DNA of 43,250 bases from Pseudomonadaceae bacterium (GTDB lineage: Bacteria; Pseudomonadota; Gammaproteobacteria; Pseudomonadales; Pseudomonadaceae): the NCBI GenBank assembly GCA_019747155.1, contig JAIERD010000163.1, positions 1 through 43,250 on the forward strand, in the 5' to 3' direction. Positions 17,501 to 26,940 of the stretch are shown here, piece by piece. Positions within the stretch are counted from its first letter, which is position 1. Each line of letters begins with the position of its first letter. Made by a program: the position numbers and the translations under genes. The notes under the pieces are model-generated. The model worked only from the letters and a program-made list of their open reading frames with translations. It did not search any database and was not told the origin of the DNA.

Positions 17501-20500
17501 AGCGGTTCAGCGAGGGCGTCCAACGCTGGGGCGTCGAGCTCTACGGCCAGAACTTCATCGACAACTGGCTCGAGCATGGACTCAATCGCGGCTTGCTCGT
17601 CGCTTAACAGTGGCTCGATATCGGCCTCTGTTTCAGCAACCAGCAGCTCGGTGTCTTCAAGCTCTGGCAGCGCAAAATCGAGGGCTGAGTCTTCAATTTC
17701 AATGGCTTCGGCGACGGTCTCAAGGTCAATGGCTGGCAACTCGAACGACAAGTCGTCTTCAGCCACAGCCTCGTCGGCAAGCGCACTAAGCTCTGGAATT
17801 TCTAGATCAATAAGCTCGATGGACTCATCATCCAGCTGCTCAGCAGCCTGCTGCTCGGCTTCGGCTTCGGCTTCGGCTTCGGCTTCGGCTTCGGCTTCGG
17901 CTTCGGCTTCGGCGGCAGATGGTTGCGCGGCAGTCAGCGCTGGCAAGCCTTGGGTGCTACCGGTTTGCCGGAAATTGCGGATCGCTTCGATAAGCTCGAG
18001 AGGCTCGACCATCGGCCGCTGGGCCTGCAGCTCCTCAAGCAATACCGCCAAACGGTCATGGCTCTGCTGCAACAAGCCAGTTAACGCCGGCGAGAAACTG
18101 TAACGGCGATCAACCAGGCCTTCATAAAGGGATTCCAGCTCATGGGCCAAATCGCCAATAGGACGAATTTCGGCCATCCGCGCGCCACCTTTGAGGGTGT
18201 GCAAGTCGCGCAGCAGCGACGACAAGGCGCGCTGATTTTCCGGCTCAAGCAACCAACGCTCAAGCGACTGGCTGGCGCTTTCCAGCAGATCCACGGCTTC
18301 TTCGAGGAAAATGGCGACCATTTCCTCATCCAGAAAAGCTTCCGCCGGCACATGAACTGGTGCTGGCGTAGCTTCTAGCGGTGCAATGCTGTCGACCGAC
18401 GACTCAGTGACCTCGGCGTCAATCAGCGACTCAAAATCGGCGCTATCAAACTCAGGCTCAGCACTTAGCTCAGCTTCCGCCAAGCCTTCCTCAGCCACTT
18501 GCGGCTGCAACTCGGTTAGCTCAGCTGGCGTCTGCTCGGCGTCCAGTTCAAGTACTTCGAGTCCGCCCAGTTCAGGCGACTCGAGCAATGCCAAGGTCTC
18601 GGGCTGCAAGGTTTGCGTCAGCAACAGCTTGAGCGCGGCGAGCGGCTCGGGCTGCACACTCACCTGCAGACCTGCGGCGACCTGATCCATCATATGCACT
18701 AGGGCTTCGTGGGCATTTTCTGCACCATCGAAGAACTGTTCGCTGACGGCCAGGCGACCCTCTTGCGCGGCGCCGTAAACCTCCACCAGGGCCTGACAAA
18801 TCTGCTCAATTTGCCCCAGCTCGGCCATCTGCGCGCCGCGCTCAAGGGTGTTTAGTTCACCGAGCAGAGCGCCGAGTTCTTGTTGCTCGGATGGATGCTC
18901 GCGCCAGCGGCGCAGCAGGTCTTCGGCATCCAGCAGAATATCCATGCCTTCTGCGAGGAAGATATTAATCAGCTGCGGATCGCGACTCTCGCCCGACTCA
19001 CCTTGGCGCAAGTTTTCTGCCGCCGCCAAGCGCTCTTGATGCAGCGCCTGGACCCGCGCGACGAACTCCTGGGCACCGGCAATCGGCGCCAAGGGTTGGC
19101 TTTCAAGCTGTTCAAGGCCCAAGCGGAACAGCTGTTCGCCACTGCTGAGCAACTCAGCCTCAGCCAAGTCCATTGGAATCAGATGGGACTTGCACTCTTT
19201 AACCAGTTTTTCCAAGGGTGCGGCAATTTCGGCGATAGGCAGAATGCCCGCCATATAGGCACTGCCTTTAAGCGTATGCAGAGCCCGCTGTAAATCGTCG
19301 GTGACCGGCTGCGGCAACAGTTGTGCGCAATCGGCCAGAAACGCCACCAAAGTATCGAGGTGGGTTTCGGCTTCATTACGAAAGATCTCGAGCAGTTGCT
19401 CGTCCAACGTGTCTTCAGCGGCGGCGATTACTGGCGCGGTTAGCGGCAAATCCTCATTTGCCTCGCTGAGCAATTCCTCCGTGGCGTCAGCCTCAGTCGG
19501 CGCGCTAGCCGGTAGTTGGCCTTTGGCGATGGCATGGGCGGTTGCGGCCAGTAGATCGACATCATCGCGCTGACGTTGCGCCTTGCCTGCATACTCATCG
19601 ACCAGCTCAGGCAGTAACTCGACCACATCAGCGATCACCTGCTGTACGGCGTCACCGGGCTGCACGCTGCGCTCAAGAACCCGATTAAGCAGGTTTTCAA
19701 TCGACCAGGCCAACTCGCCAATCACCAGGGCGCGCACCATCCGACCACTGCCTTTGAGCGTGTGGAAGGCGCGACGAATCTCACTTAGCGCGTCTTTATT
19801 CTGGGTGTCGGCCCGCCATTGCGGCAAATATTCGGCAATGGTTTCCAGCACTTCGCCGGCTTCTTCAACGAAGACTTCCAGCAGCTCGTCATCGACCGGC
19901 TCTTCATCGGCTGGCGGTGGTAACAAGCTTGGCGGCACATTTTGCGCAGGAGGATTGGTCGCTTGCACGGGCGCGGCCATCACGTCAGCCATCGACATGG
20001 CTTTCGGCTCGACTGGCGCACTCAACTCAGGCTCTAGCGGGGCGCTGGGCAGATCCACTTCGGGCAAATCTAACTCGGCCAGTTCTGCGGCATTCCAATG
20101 CGCAGGACTGTCATCGAGGCTCAATTCGTCGAGATCAAAACTACTCTCCGCAACAGGCAACAGCTCGAACTCTTGCGGTTCGGTGAGTTCATCCAGCTCT
20201 ACCGACTCAATCGCTGCAGGCGGCAACCAATCGCCAGACTCAGGCAAGCTGAACTCAATGTTGTCAGTCTCTTGCTCGGCGACTTCGAAGTCCAACAGCT
20301 GCGGCTCATCGAGCAGCAACTCAGCATCGTCAGTTACCGGTTCGAGAAACTCGGGAAGTAGCTCAAAACTCAGATCAGTGTTTTCTGACGCTGCACTAAG
20401 CGCGTCCGGCAGCTCGTCAGCGGGCAATTCGAGCAAGAGTTCAACAGCCGGCTCATCGGCCAGCACTTCAATTTCGTGCAGCGGATCGTCCAGCGGCGCC

Positions 20501-22227
20501 GGTGCCGTGCGCTCGGCGGGCCAATCGAGAATTGACGGTTTTTCTTTCAGCGGATAACCCAAGGCCTCGAGGCTTTCCTCGGCGACATCGAGAATCAAAT
20601 CACCTTGTGCGGCATGATCTTCCGACAGACGCTCCAGGTAGTATTCGACACTGGTAATGGCGTCGGCCAGGGTGTCGAGATCTTGCCAGTTAGGCACCGC
20701 TTTGCGGACCAACAACTGCTCTTGAATATAGAGATTGCAGGCCCGCAACAGGTCTGCGGCCCGCACCAATGGGATCATCGCTAGGCCGCCACGTACCTGC
20801 GTCAACAACTCAGGAACACGGGCCAGGTGTTCGTGATCCCATTGCGAGGCGATAAACTCGATGATGGCGTCTTTGGCCTGCTCAAGCCCAGTGCGCGCTT
20901 CTTTAATGACTAGCTGATGGATTTGCGCCACATCGGTAGTCGGCAGATGACTCTGCTGATGACTGCCGTCCTCCGCCGGCCCGACCATGCCAGCCAGCGT
21001 AGCTTCGACATACAGCAAGGCGCCGGCGACATCCATCAACACCGCATCGCTTGGCTGAACGCTGCCAATCGACAAGCTATGGACCACATCGATTTGATCG
21101 ACTATCACCTTGCGCGGCTGGCCAAAACCCAGCACCGCCAGGGTGTCGGCGATCTGCTTGAGCGGCGCCATCAAGGCTTCCAACTCAGTGACCTGCTGGC
21201 GGTCACTGCGCACGAACAAATCGAGGCTGTCTTTGACCCGCACCAACTCTTCGCAGAGCGCTGCCACCACCGAACGCATGGCATCTCGATCAGGGCCAGC
21301 CAGACGGGCACGTTCCTGATCGACTACATCGGTATCCGGCAAGGCGTCATCAAGACGATAACGCTCTTTCAGTACACGAATACGCGGTGACTGGGTGGCG
21401 GCCTTGGCTATATAGAACAGCAGGTTTTTGGCCAGGTCTTCCGGCGCGGCCTGGTTAATCCCGTCGGCACCTTGCTCAACCAGACGCTTGAGTTCTTTAT
21501 CGACCTGACGCAGCAAGGTGCGCACCGAAGTGCCATTAACCACGCTGCCGTTGGCCAGGCCTTCAATAATGCCCGAAGCCATTTGCCACAAAGGGCCGAG
21601 CGGGGCGTCTTTGCAGAGGGTCTCGAGGCGGGCAAAGACCCGCGCCATATAGCCCAGATTGGTCGCCAGATCCTGATTGCGGATCACCCCGACCAGGGCC
21701 ATCTGCAGCATCTGCCGCAATTTACGCAACAGCACCGGTAATTCGGCGGTGCGTAACTGCGCTAAGGATTCATGGGACAGCGCTGGCAACTGATTAGCCA
21801 GGTCTGGCAAAAACAGACTGGTTTCAGAGAGGAATTTTTCCCCGCGCGAGGCGCGCAGGTCGTTTAACAGCGGCAGCACCACCATCGGCAGGTCGCGACG
21901 GGCGCTCTGGGTCCGGTCAAGATAAACCGGCAACTGCAGGATTGCCTGCATCAGCACTTCGAGAGCTTCGGTCTGATTGCTTACCCGGCTTTCCAGCAGC
22001 GCCTGGGCGAGATGTTCCATCTCCTCCGCCAGCAGCGCAGCGCCATAGAACTCCACCATTTGCAGAGTGCCTTGGACCTGGTGCAGATAGGTCAGACAGA
22101 AACGCATGCGGGTCAAATCCTGCGGATTCTCGACGAATGCCTCAAGGGATTGCCGCGCCTGCTTCAGGGTTTCGGCGATCTCGCCTTTAACCCACTCAAG
22201 AGCGACATAGTCGTGCCGATCACCCAT
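14572..22227 (-). CDS. chpA: Multi-Hpt CheA-like hybrid histidine kinase ChpA (about 2550 aa)
   Basis: Start MGDRHDYVALEW with GGAG RBS. Several HTLKG Hpt motifs, HMLRNAVDHGIE, DDGGG, GFSTAEKVTQISGRGVGMD, CheW domain, C-terminal receiver VVDDS...LLDIEMP. Confidence 0.96.
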   Translation of the reverse strand: MGDRHDYVALEWVKGEIAETLKQARQSLEAFVENPQDLTRMRFCLTYLHQVQGTLQMVEFYGAALLAEEMEHLAQALLESRVSNQTEALEVLMQAILQLPVYLDRTQSARRDLPMVVLPLLNDLRASRGEKFLSETSLFLPDLANQLPALSHESLAQLRTAELPVLLRKLRQMLQMALVGVIRNQDLATNLGYMARVFARLETLCKDAPLGPLWQMASGIIEGLANGSVVNGTSVRTLLRQVDKELKRLVEQGADGINQAAPEDLAKNLLFYIAKAATQSPRIRVLKERYRLDDALPDTDVVDQERARLAGPDRDAMRSVVAALCEELVRVKDSLDLFVRSDRQQVTELEALMAPLKQIADTLAVLGFGQPRKVIVDQIDVVHSLSIGSVQPSDAVLMDVAGALLYVEATLAGMVGPAEDGSHQQSHLPTTDVAQIHQLVIKEARTGLEQAKDAIIEFIASQWDHEHLARVPELLTQVRGGLAMIPLVRAADLLRACNLYIQEQLLVRKAVPNWQDLDTLADAITSVEYYLERLSEDHAAQGDLILDVAEESLEALGYPLKEKPSILDWPAERTAPAPLDDPLHEIEVLADEPAVELLLELPADELPDALSAASENTDLSFELLPEFLEPVTDDAELLLDEPQLLDFEVAEQETDNIEFSLPESGDWLPPAAIESVELDELTEPQEFELLPVAESSFDLDELSLDDSPAHWNAAELAELDLPEVDLPSAPLEPELSAPVEPKAMSMADVMAAPVQATNPPAQNVPPSLLPPPADEEPVDDELLEVFVEEAGEVLETIAEYLPQWRADTQNKDALSEIRRAFHTLKGSGRMVRALVIGELAWSIENLLNRVLERSVQPGDAVQQVIADVVELLPELVDEYAGKAQRQRDDVDLLAATAHAIAKGQLPASAPTEADATEELLSEANEDLPLTAPVIAAAEDTLDEQLLEIFRNEAETHLDTLVAFLADCAQLLPQPVTDDLQRALHTLKGSAYMAGILPIAEIAAPLEKLVKECKSHLIPMDLAEAELLSSGEQLFRLGLEQLESQPLAPIAGAQEFVARVQALHQERLAAAENLRQGESGESRDPQLINIFLAEGMDILLDAEDLLRRWREHPSEQQELGALLGELNTLERGAQMAELGQIEQICQALVEVYGAAQEGRLAVSEQFFDGAENAHEALVHMMDQVAAGLQVSVQPEPLAALKLLLTQTLQPETLALLESPELGGLEVLELDAEQTPAELTELQPQVAEEGLAEAELSAEPEFDSADFESLIDAEVTESSVDSIAPLEATPAPVHVPAEAFLDEEMVAIFLEEAVDLLESASQSLERWLLEPENQRALSSLLRDLHTLKGGARMAEIRPIGDLAHELESLYEGLVDRRYSFSPALTGLLQQSHDRLAVLLEELQAQRPMVEPLELIEAIRNFRQTGSTQGLPALTAAQPSAAEAEAEAEAEAEAEAEAEAEQQAAEQLDDESIELIDLEIPELSALADEAVAEDDLSFELPAIDLETVAEAIEIEDSALDFALPELEDTELLVAETEADIEPLLSDEQAAIESMLEPVVDEVLAVELDAPALDALAEPLGIDEELPASEAAEPELIDEVEVETAPVTAQALVEDERDPELVEIFLEEGFDIVDSSSASLQRWMDDVNNSLELEALQRDLHTLKGGARMAEIREIGDLAHELEFLYEGLGDGRLRASPELFNLLQSCHDRLAQMLEAVRDKQEVPSGTDLIETIQRFRANPEQHLSIPASVHLKAVVEEHDDSPEADILDIFLEEADDLLEGLESAAGRLESSDDDAAPIGDMLRILHTLKGGARLAGQKRLGDLSHDLEQHLSEAQQQGAPWPESLFVDVQSGFEGLQVEIEQLRQQLYSSSEAAPVTPAAATSLEEIEAPASVSVPRAELSLPIIAASAMPAKVEVAKVLPFVRRAQEAALEAASRRAPQELVKVPADLLEGLVNLAGETSIFRGRVEQQVSDVSFTLGEMEATIDRVRDQLRRLDTETQAQILSRYQEEAERVGYEDFDPLEMDRHSQLQQLSRALFESASDLLDLKETLAARNRDAETLLLQQARVNTELQEGLMRTRMVPFDRLVPRLRRIVRQVAGELNKQVDFVVGNADGEMDRAVLERIVAPLEHMLRNAVDHGIESAEVRRAAGKSEVGNIRLTLGREGGDILLTLADDGGGIRLEAVRRKAIERGMLDADSDLSDHEVLQFILEAGFSTAEKVTQISGRGVGMDVVHSEVKQLGGSMSIESTPGEGTRFLIRLPFTVSVNRALMVLSGEDLYAIPLNTIEGIVRVSPYELEAYYGPDAPKFEYAGQTYELKYLGDLLNNGQQPKLIGQSLPLPVILVRSNEHAVAVQVDSLAGSREIVVKSLGPQFAGVHGVSGATILGDGRVVIILDLLATIRVLHAHLLSQLQPRLAGASTATPEVEADRPMLVMVVDDSVTVRKVTSRLLERNGMNVMTAKDGVDAIAQLQERKPDIMLLDIEMPRMDGFEVATLVRHDERLKDLPIIMITSRTGSKHRDRAMSIGVNEYLGKPYQESLLLETIQQLVNKHD
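17855..17913. repeat. Perfect in-frame hexamer tandem repeat (TCGGCT)n, about 9.8 units, encoding a Glu-Ala tract in ChpA
   Basis: Nine full tcggct units plus tcggc read directly from the sequence. Translation gives AEAEAEAE... Confidence 0.95.
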
Positions 22228-22238
22228 AACGACTCCGC

Positions 22239-23105
22239 TCATAAACTGTTCCGGGTAAATGCCAGCACTTGCTCGTCCGCCACCGGTTGCAGCTCCGGGT
22301 GCTGCCAACCGACTATTTCACCGACTCCCACCACCAGCAGACCACCCGGCGCCAAGCGTTCAGCTAGACGATTAAGGATCTCGCGGCGGCGCCAGCGACG
22401 AAAATAAATCAGCAAGTTCTGACAGAAAATTACGTCCATACCGGACATCGGCGCTTTCGCCAGTTCCAACACATTGAGTCGGGCGCAGCACACTTGCGCA
22501 GCCAGACTCGGTACAACTTTGTAGCGGCCATCATCCTGCGCGAGAAAATAGCGCTCGCGCAGCTCAGTATTCATCTGCTCTAACTTACGCGCGGCATACA
22601 GTCCCTCGCGCGCCTTGCCCAGCACGCTCAGGCTAATATCCGTGCCCGTCACACCAAAATACTCAGGTTGCGCGGTTTCGCGCAGTACCTGAGCGGCGCT
22701 GATCGCCATTGAGTAGGGTTCCTCACCGCTGGAGCAACCGACACTCCAAAGCGACCAAGGGCTACTCATTGGTCCCTGCAGCAAACGCTCAGCCAAATAA
22801 CGTTCAAGCAAATCGAACGACGGTTGATGACGAAAAAAACGCGTCTCCTGCACCGTCAAGCGATCAAGCAAGGTTGACCATTCGACTGCGCCGCTTGGCC
22901 CATCGGTTACCTGCCGGAAATAATTGGCGTAACCAACAACACCCAACTCACGCATCCGCGCACTTAAATTAGTTTGCAGAAATGCCCGACGCTGCTCGTT
23001 AATTACCAGCCCGGTGCGCTCTTCCAGTAATGCCTGCCAGACATGAAACTCTGCCGCGGACATTTCTATCACAGGCTTTAGAGCCCAGACACCGTCTGGC
23101 TGCAT
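22239..23105 (-). CDS. pilK: CheR-like methyltransferase PilK
   Basis: LTVQETRFFR, WSVGCSSGEEPYS, GTDIS, DVIFCQNLLIYF. Start at MQPDGVW with GAGGG RBS (alternative ATG 23129). Confidence 0.93.
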   Translation of the reverse strand: MQPDGVWALKPVIEMSAAEFHVWQALLEERTGLVINEQRRAFLQTNLSARMRELGVVGYANYFRQVTDGPSGAVEWSTLLDRLTVQETRFFRHQPSFDLLERYLAERLLQGPMSSPWSLWSVGCSSGEEPYSMAISAAQVLRETAQPEYFGVTGTDISLSVLGKAREGLYAARKLEQMNTELRERYFLAQDDGRYKVVPSLAAQVCCARLNVLELAKAPMSGMDVIFCQNLLIYFRRWRRREILNRLAERLAPGGLLVVGVGEIVGWQHPELQPVADEQVLAFTRNSL

Positions 23106-23165
23106 CGCGCTGCCCTCGCTCATGGCCATTAGGCGGCGACATTAGCTGTCGCCGCGCTCCCTTGC

Positions 23166-25214
23166 TTAGGCTTGGTCTGGAGATTGCGGCAGCGTAAAGC
23201 CGGAAACCGACTTACGCATTTCACTGGCCATTTTCGCCAAATTACCAATGCTTCGCGCCGTGGCCGTGGTGCCGGATGAGGTTTGCGAGGTAATTTCCTG
23301 AATCACGTTCATCGTGTTGGAAATATGACCCGCCGACGATGCCTGTTGGCGAGCGGCGTTAGAGATGTTCTGGATCAAGGCCGCGAGGGTCTTGGATACC
23401 TTTTCAATCTCTTCCAGGGAAACCCCGGCGTCCTGCGCCAAACGCGCACCGCGAACCACTTCGGAAGTGGTTTGCTCCATGGAAATTACCGCTTCGTTGG
23501 TATCCGCCTGAATGGTTTTTACCAGCGCCTCGATCTGCTTGGTGGCCGCCGATGAACGTTCAGCCAGTCGCTGTACTTCGTCCGCTACCACGGCGAAGCC
23601 TCGGCCGGCATCACCAGCCATCGAGGCCTGGATCGCGGCGTTCAGGGCCAGAATGTTGGTTTGGTCGGCAATGTCGTTAATCAAGCTAACGATGTCACCA
23701 ATCTCCTGAGACGACTCACCGAGGCGCTTGATCCGCTTCGAGGTGTCTTGGATCTGCTCACGGATGTTATCCATGCCGGTGATGGTGTTGTGCACCACCT
23801 CGTTACCCTTGTTGGCGATGGCCACCGAACGCTCTGCTACCGCAGAGGACTCCGAGGCGTTCGCCGATACTTGGTCAATCGACACGGCCATTTCGTTGAT
23901 GGCTGCCGATGCCCCGGCGATTTCCTGGGCTTGGTGCTCGGAAGCTTCGGCCAGGTGCATCGCCGTTGCCTGAGTCTCTTGAGCGGCACCAGCTACCTGC
24001 ACGGCTGTCTGGTTAATGGTTTCTACCAGGTCGCGCAACTGGTCAATCGAGTAGTTGATGGAGTCAGCAATGGCACCGGTGAAATCCTCGGTTACCGTCG
24101 CCGACACGGTCAAGTCACCGTCAGCAAGGTCACCGATTTCATCCAGCAGACGCATAATGGCGACTTGGTTACGCTCGTTCTTCTCAGCCGTTTTGGCCAG
24201 ACGACGGTTAGTTTCACGCACCATGACCAAGCCGATCAGGATAATTGCCGCCAGCGCCAAGGCGCCCAGCACATAACCAGCCAAGGTGTTCGCCGCACGT
24301 CCGGCGGCCAGGTTTTCAAAGCTAACGGTTAGCTGCGAAGCGCTATCCAAGAGCATTTGCGAGCCGCTGAAAATGCTGCCAGCCGATTCGCGAACCTGGA
24401 ACAACTCAGGCGAGGTTTCCAGAATTTCATCTACCGAGCCCGATACGAACTGGAACAACTCGGAAATTTCTGCCAGACGATCCAAGGCTTCTTTGTCGGT
24501 CACCATGGATACTTCCATGGCCGCATTGCCTTCCAGCATTGCGCTCAATACCCGACCAAACAGGCTGGCGTCACGACCAAACATGTCGGCGGCTTGTACC
24601 GAATCTTCGTCACCGGTCAGAACCTTGTTTACCGAGCCGAGAATCCGCTCAGCCAACAGTGATTGACGCTGAGCTACGGACACCTGAATCGCCGGTGCTT
24701 TGCTTTGCAGCAAAATCTCGACAACTTCATCGTACTCAACCTGCAGCTGCGGAATAGTTTCCGCCAGCGTTGCCGCTACCTGATGCAAGGACAATACCGT
24801 TTGCTCGCTGGCCAAGATGGCATCGGCGTTTTGCCGCATGCTGTCCCACTCTTTTTGCACGGCCGCCATATCCGTTTGCACGGACTCTGGGGCGGATGGC
24901 AAACCGGTGGTCTCATCACCTTTAACCAGCTGATCCCAACGCTTGGCGTAGTCATTACGCGCATCTTTCAGCAAGGCAAAGGCCTCGGCCTTACCGGCCG
25001 CAGCTTCAGTCGCCGCCTTAGCGATACGTTGCGACAGAACCCGCAGCTCGCCGGCGTTACTGATGTACTGCTTGTCGTAACCTGCCTGGGTGTTGAGGTA
25101 CGCAAAGTTCACGAACAGCAACACGATCGCGACAATCAGGACAATAAACAGCCCCGCAATCATCGTGCTACTGCGCACACCCGCTAAAAAATTGCCTGCA
25201 TTTAGTTTTTTCAT
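23166..25214 (-). CDS. pilJ: Methyl-accepting chemotaxis protein PilJ
   Basis: Two transmembrane segments, [11 protein letters not shown] PilJ domain, MCP hairpin [33 protein letters not shown]. Start MKKLNAG. Confidence 0.96.
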   Translation of the reverse strand: MKKLNAGNFLAGVRSSTMIAGLFIVLIVAIVLLFVNFAYLNTQAGYDKQYISNAGELRVLSQRIAKAATEAAAGKAEAFALLKDARNDYAKRWDQLVKGDETTGLPSAPESVQTDMAAVQKEWDSMRQNADAILASEQTVLSLHQVAATLAETIPQLQVEYDEVVEILLQSKAPAIQVSVAQRQSLLAERILGSVNKVLTGDEDSVQAADMFGRDASLFGRVLSAMLEGNAAMEVSMVTDKEALDRLAEISELFQFVSGSVDEILETSPELFQVRESAGSIFSGSQMLLDSASQLTVSFENLAAGRAANTLAGYVLGALALAAIILIGLVMVRETNRRLAKTAEKNERNQVAIMRLLDEIGDLADGDLTVSATVTEDFTGAIADSINYSIDQLRDLVETINQTAVQVAGAAQETQATAMHLAEASEHQAQEIAGASAAINEMAVSIDQVSANASESSAVAERSVAIANKGNEVVHNTITGMDNIREQIQDTSKRIKRLGESSQEIGDIVSLINDIADQTNILALNAAIQASMAGDAGRGFAVVADEVQRLAERSSAATKQIEALVKTIQADTNEAVISMEQTTSEVVRGARLAQDAGVSLEEIEKVSKTLAALIQNISNAARQQASSAGHISNTMNVIQEITSQTSSGTTATARSIGNLAKMASEMRKSVSGFTLPQSPDQA

Positions 25215-25298
25215 TGTTAGGCCCCCGCCCGGACCGACCGCACTACGATTCCTATGTAACGCCAAAAGGCCAGCAATGCTGACCCAACCGAAACTGCT

Positions 25299-25835
25299 TT
25301 AAAACGCCACATCAAGAAACCCCTGATCCTGCGCCAGCGCATGCGAACTGAACACCAACCAAGGCTGTTCACGTTGAAAAACGCCATGAATGAAGGGCTG
25401 AATGCTCGCCTCGAGCGGTGGTAACTGCTCGGAAAAGGCGCTCACCGGAAAATGCTGCATGCCAAAGACCTCGTCGACCGTTAGCCCGGCGAAGATCTCT
25501 TGATGATCCACAATCAACACGCGACGCTTCTTGCGCAGTGGTGATAACTCACCACCGAAGAAGGCGCATAAATCCATGATTGGCAATAACCGACCGCGCA
25601 CGTTGGCCACGCCCTTGACCCAGCTTTTCACGCCAGGCAACAAGGTATAACGCGGCTCATGCAAGACCTCGCCGATCTCGCCCATGGGCGCCACAAACAA
25701 GCGCTCGCCCATGCGGAAGCCAATGCCGCTCCATGTCTGTATCGCTTCTTTCTGCGACGGCAAGCCGGCAGCCAGGCGCCGGCAACGCTGATCGAGGTCA
25801 AACAGAAGCTGAAAAGGGGATTGGACGTCAGACAT
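25299..25835 (-). CDS. pilI: CheW-like protein PilI
   Basis: WSGIGFRMG, LPGVKSWVKGVANVRGRLLPIMDL. Lies between pilH and pilJ. Confidence 0.94.
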   Translation of the reverse strand: MSDVQSPFQLLFDLDQRCRRLAAGLPSQKEAIQTWSGIGFRMGERLFVAPMGEIGEVLHEPRYTLLPGVKSWVKGVANVRGRLLPIMDLCAFFGGELSPLRKKRRVLIVDHQEIFAGLTVDEVFGMQHFPVSAFSEQLPPLEASIQPFIHGVFQREQPWLVFSSHALAQDQGFLDVAF

Positions 25836-25879
25836 GTCGACCTTGGTCTTATTATTATGGGGTTACAAACAGCAGAGCA

Positions 25880-26245
25880 TTAACCGGCCAGCACCGCATT
25901 CAACGTTTTCAGCAAGGTAGCTTCATCAACCGGCTTGGTCAGATAGTCCTTGGCGCCCTGGCGCTTGCCCCACACCTTGTCAGTTTCCTGATCTTTGGTG
26001 GTCACGATGATCACCGGAATGTGGCTGGTGTCTGCATCTTTGGTCAACTGACGAGTCGCCTGAAAACCATTCAGACCCGGCATAACGATATCCATCAATA
26101 CTGCATCGGGCTTTTCTTGGCGCGCTAAAGCAACGCCATCTGCACCGTTTTCCGCCTTCAGTACCTGATGGCCATGCTTTTCGAGCATTGCCGTCAACTT
26201 GTACATTTCGGTCGGAGAGTCATCAACAATTAAAATACGAGCCAT
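25880..26245 (-). CDS. pilH: CheY-like response regulator PilH
   Basis: MARILIVDDSPTE, LMDIVMPGLNGFQATRQL, DKVWGKRQGA. Confidence 0.96.
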   Translation of the reverse strand: MARILIVDDSPTEMYKLTAMLEKHGHQVLKAENGADGVALARQEKPDAVLMDIVMPGLNGFQATRQLTKDADTSHIPVIIVTTKDQETDKVWGKRQGAKDYLTKPVDEATLLKTLNAVLAG

Positions 26246-26291
26246 GGTGTTCCCCATACGCAATAGATATCACCAGCCTGGCAGCTGGGCA

Positions 26292-26699
26292 TCAAGAAGC
26301 TTGTTCCACCGGAACAAAGTCTGGCACATGGGTCTTTATCGCCCCAAGCAACTCTTCTTTACTGAAGGGCTTGGTGAGGTACTGATCAGAACCGACGATA
26401 CGACCCTTGGCCTTATCAAATAAACCATCCTTTGAGGACAGCATGATAACCGGGGTAGATTTAAATTCGCTGTTGTTCTTGATCAGGGCGCAGGTTTGAT
26501 AACCATCGAGCCGCGGCATCATGATGTCGACGAAAATGATGCTGGGATGCGTATCGGCAATTTTCGCCAGCGCATCAAAACCATCGACTGCCGTAATGAC
26601 ATTACAACCGACTTTCTTCAGTAAGGTTTCGGCGGTGCGACGAATCGTCTTCGAGTCGTCGATTACCATCACCCTCAAGCCTTCGGAATGCTGTTCCAT
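26292..26699 (-). CDS. pilG: CheY-like response regulator PilG
   Basis: VMVIDDSKTIRRTAETLL, FVDIMMPRLDGYQTC, SSKDGLFDKAKGRIVGS. Confidence 0.97.
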   Translation of the reverse strand: MEQHSEGLRVMVIDDSKTIRRTAETLLKKVGCNVITAVDGFDALAKIADTHPSIIFVDIMMPRLDGYQTCALIKNNSEFKSTPVIMLSSKDGLFDKAKGRIVGSDQYLTKPFSKEELLGAIKTHVPDFVPVEQAS

Positions 26700-26850
26700 G
26701 TTTGCCCTACCATCGCTTCGGTGAGTCGTTATTTTTGCTTTCTACCAGTGCGCTAAAGGCCCTGTCACCGACGGGCTACACCCAAATCGTCTGGCCTTTT
26801 TAGCACACTCTCCCAACGCAATCTATAACCCCAGGAGCACAACGCGCGCC

Positions 26851-26879
26851 TTGACCGCAAACCGCGCTCACGCCACCCT
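26851..26879 (+). promoter_or_regulatory. Candidate sigma70 promoter for gshB (TTGACC-17-CACCCT)
   Basis: -35-like at 26851-56, -10-like at 26874-79, in the divergent pilG/gshB gap. The -10 match is weak. Confidence 0.35.
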
Positions 26880-26940
26880 TAAGCCTTGTAGTTTAGCCAC
26901 GCCAGCTTAGCGCTGCCGATTTTAATGCGGAGTATCAACC

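Noticed and set aside
14554-22407. Many plus-strand ORFs within chpA, including Ser-rich 284-aa and 324-aa frames
   Set aside because: Ser-rich translations are the reverse-strand reading of Glu/Asp/Leu-rich ChpA codons.
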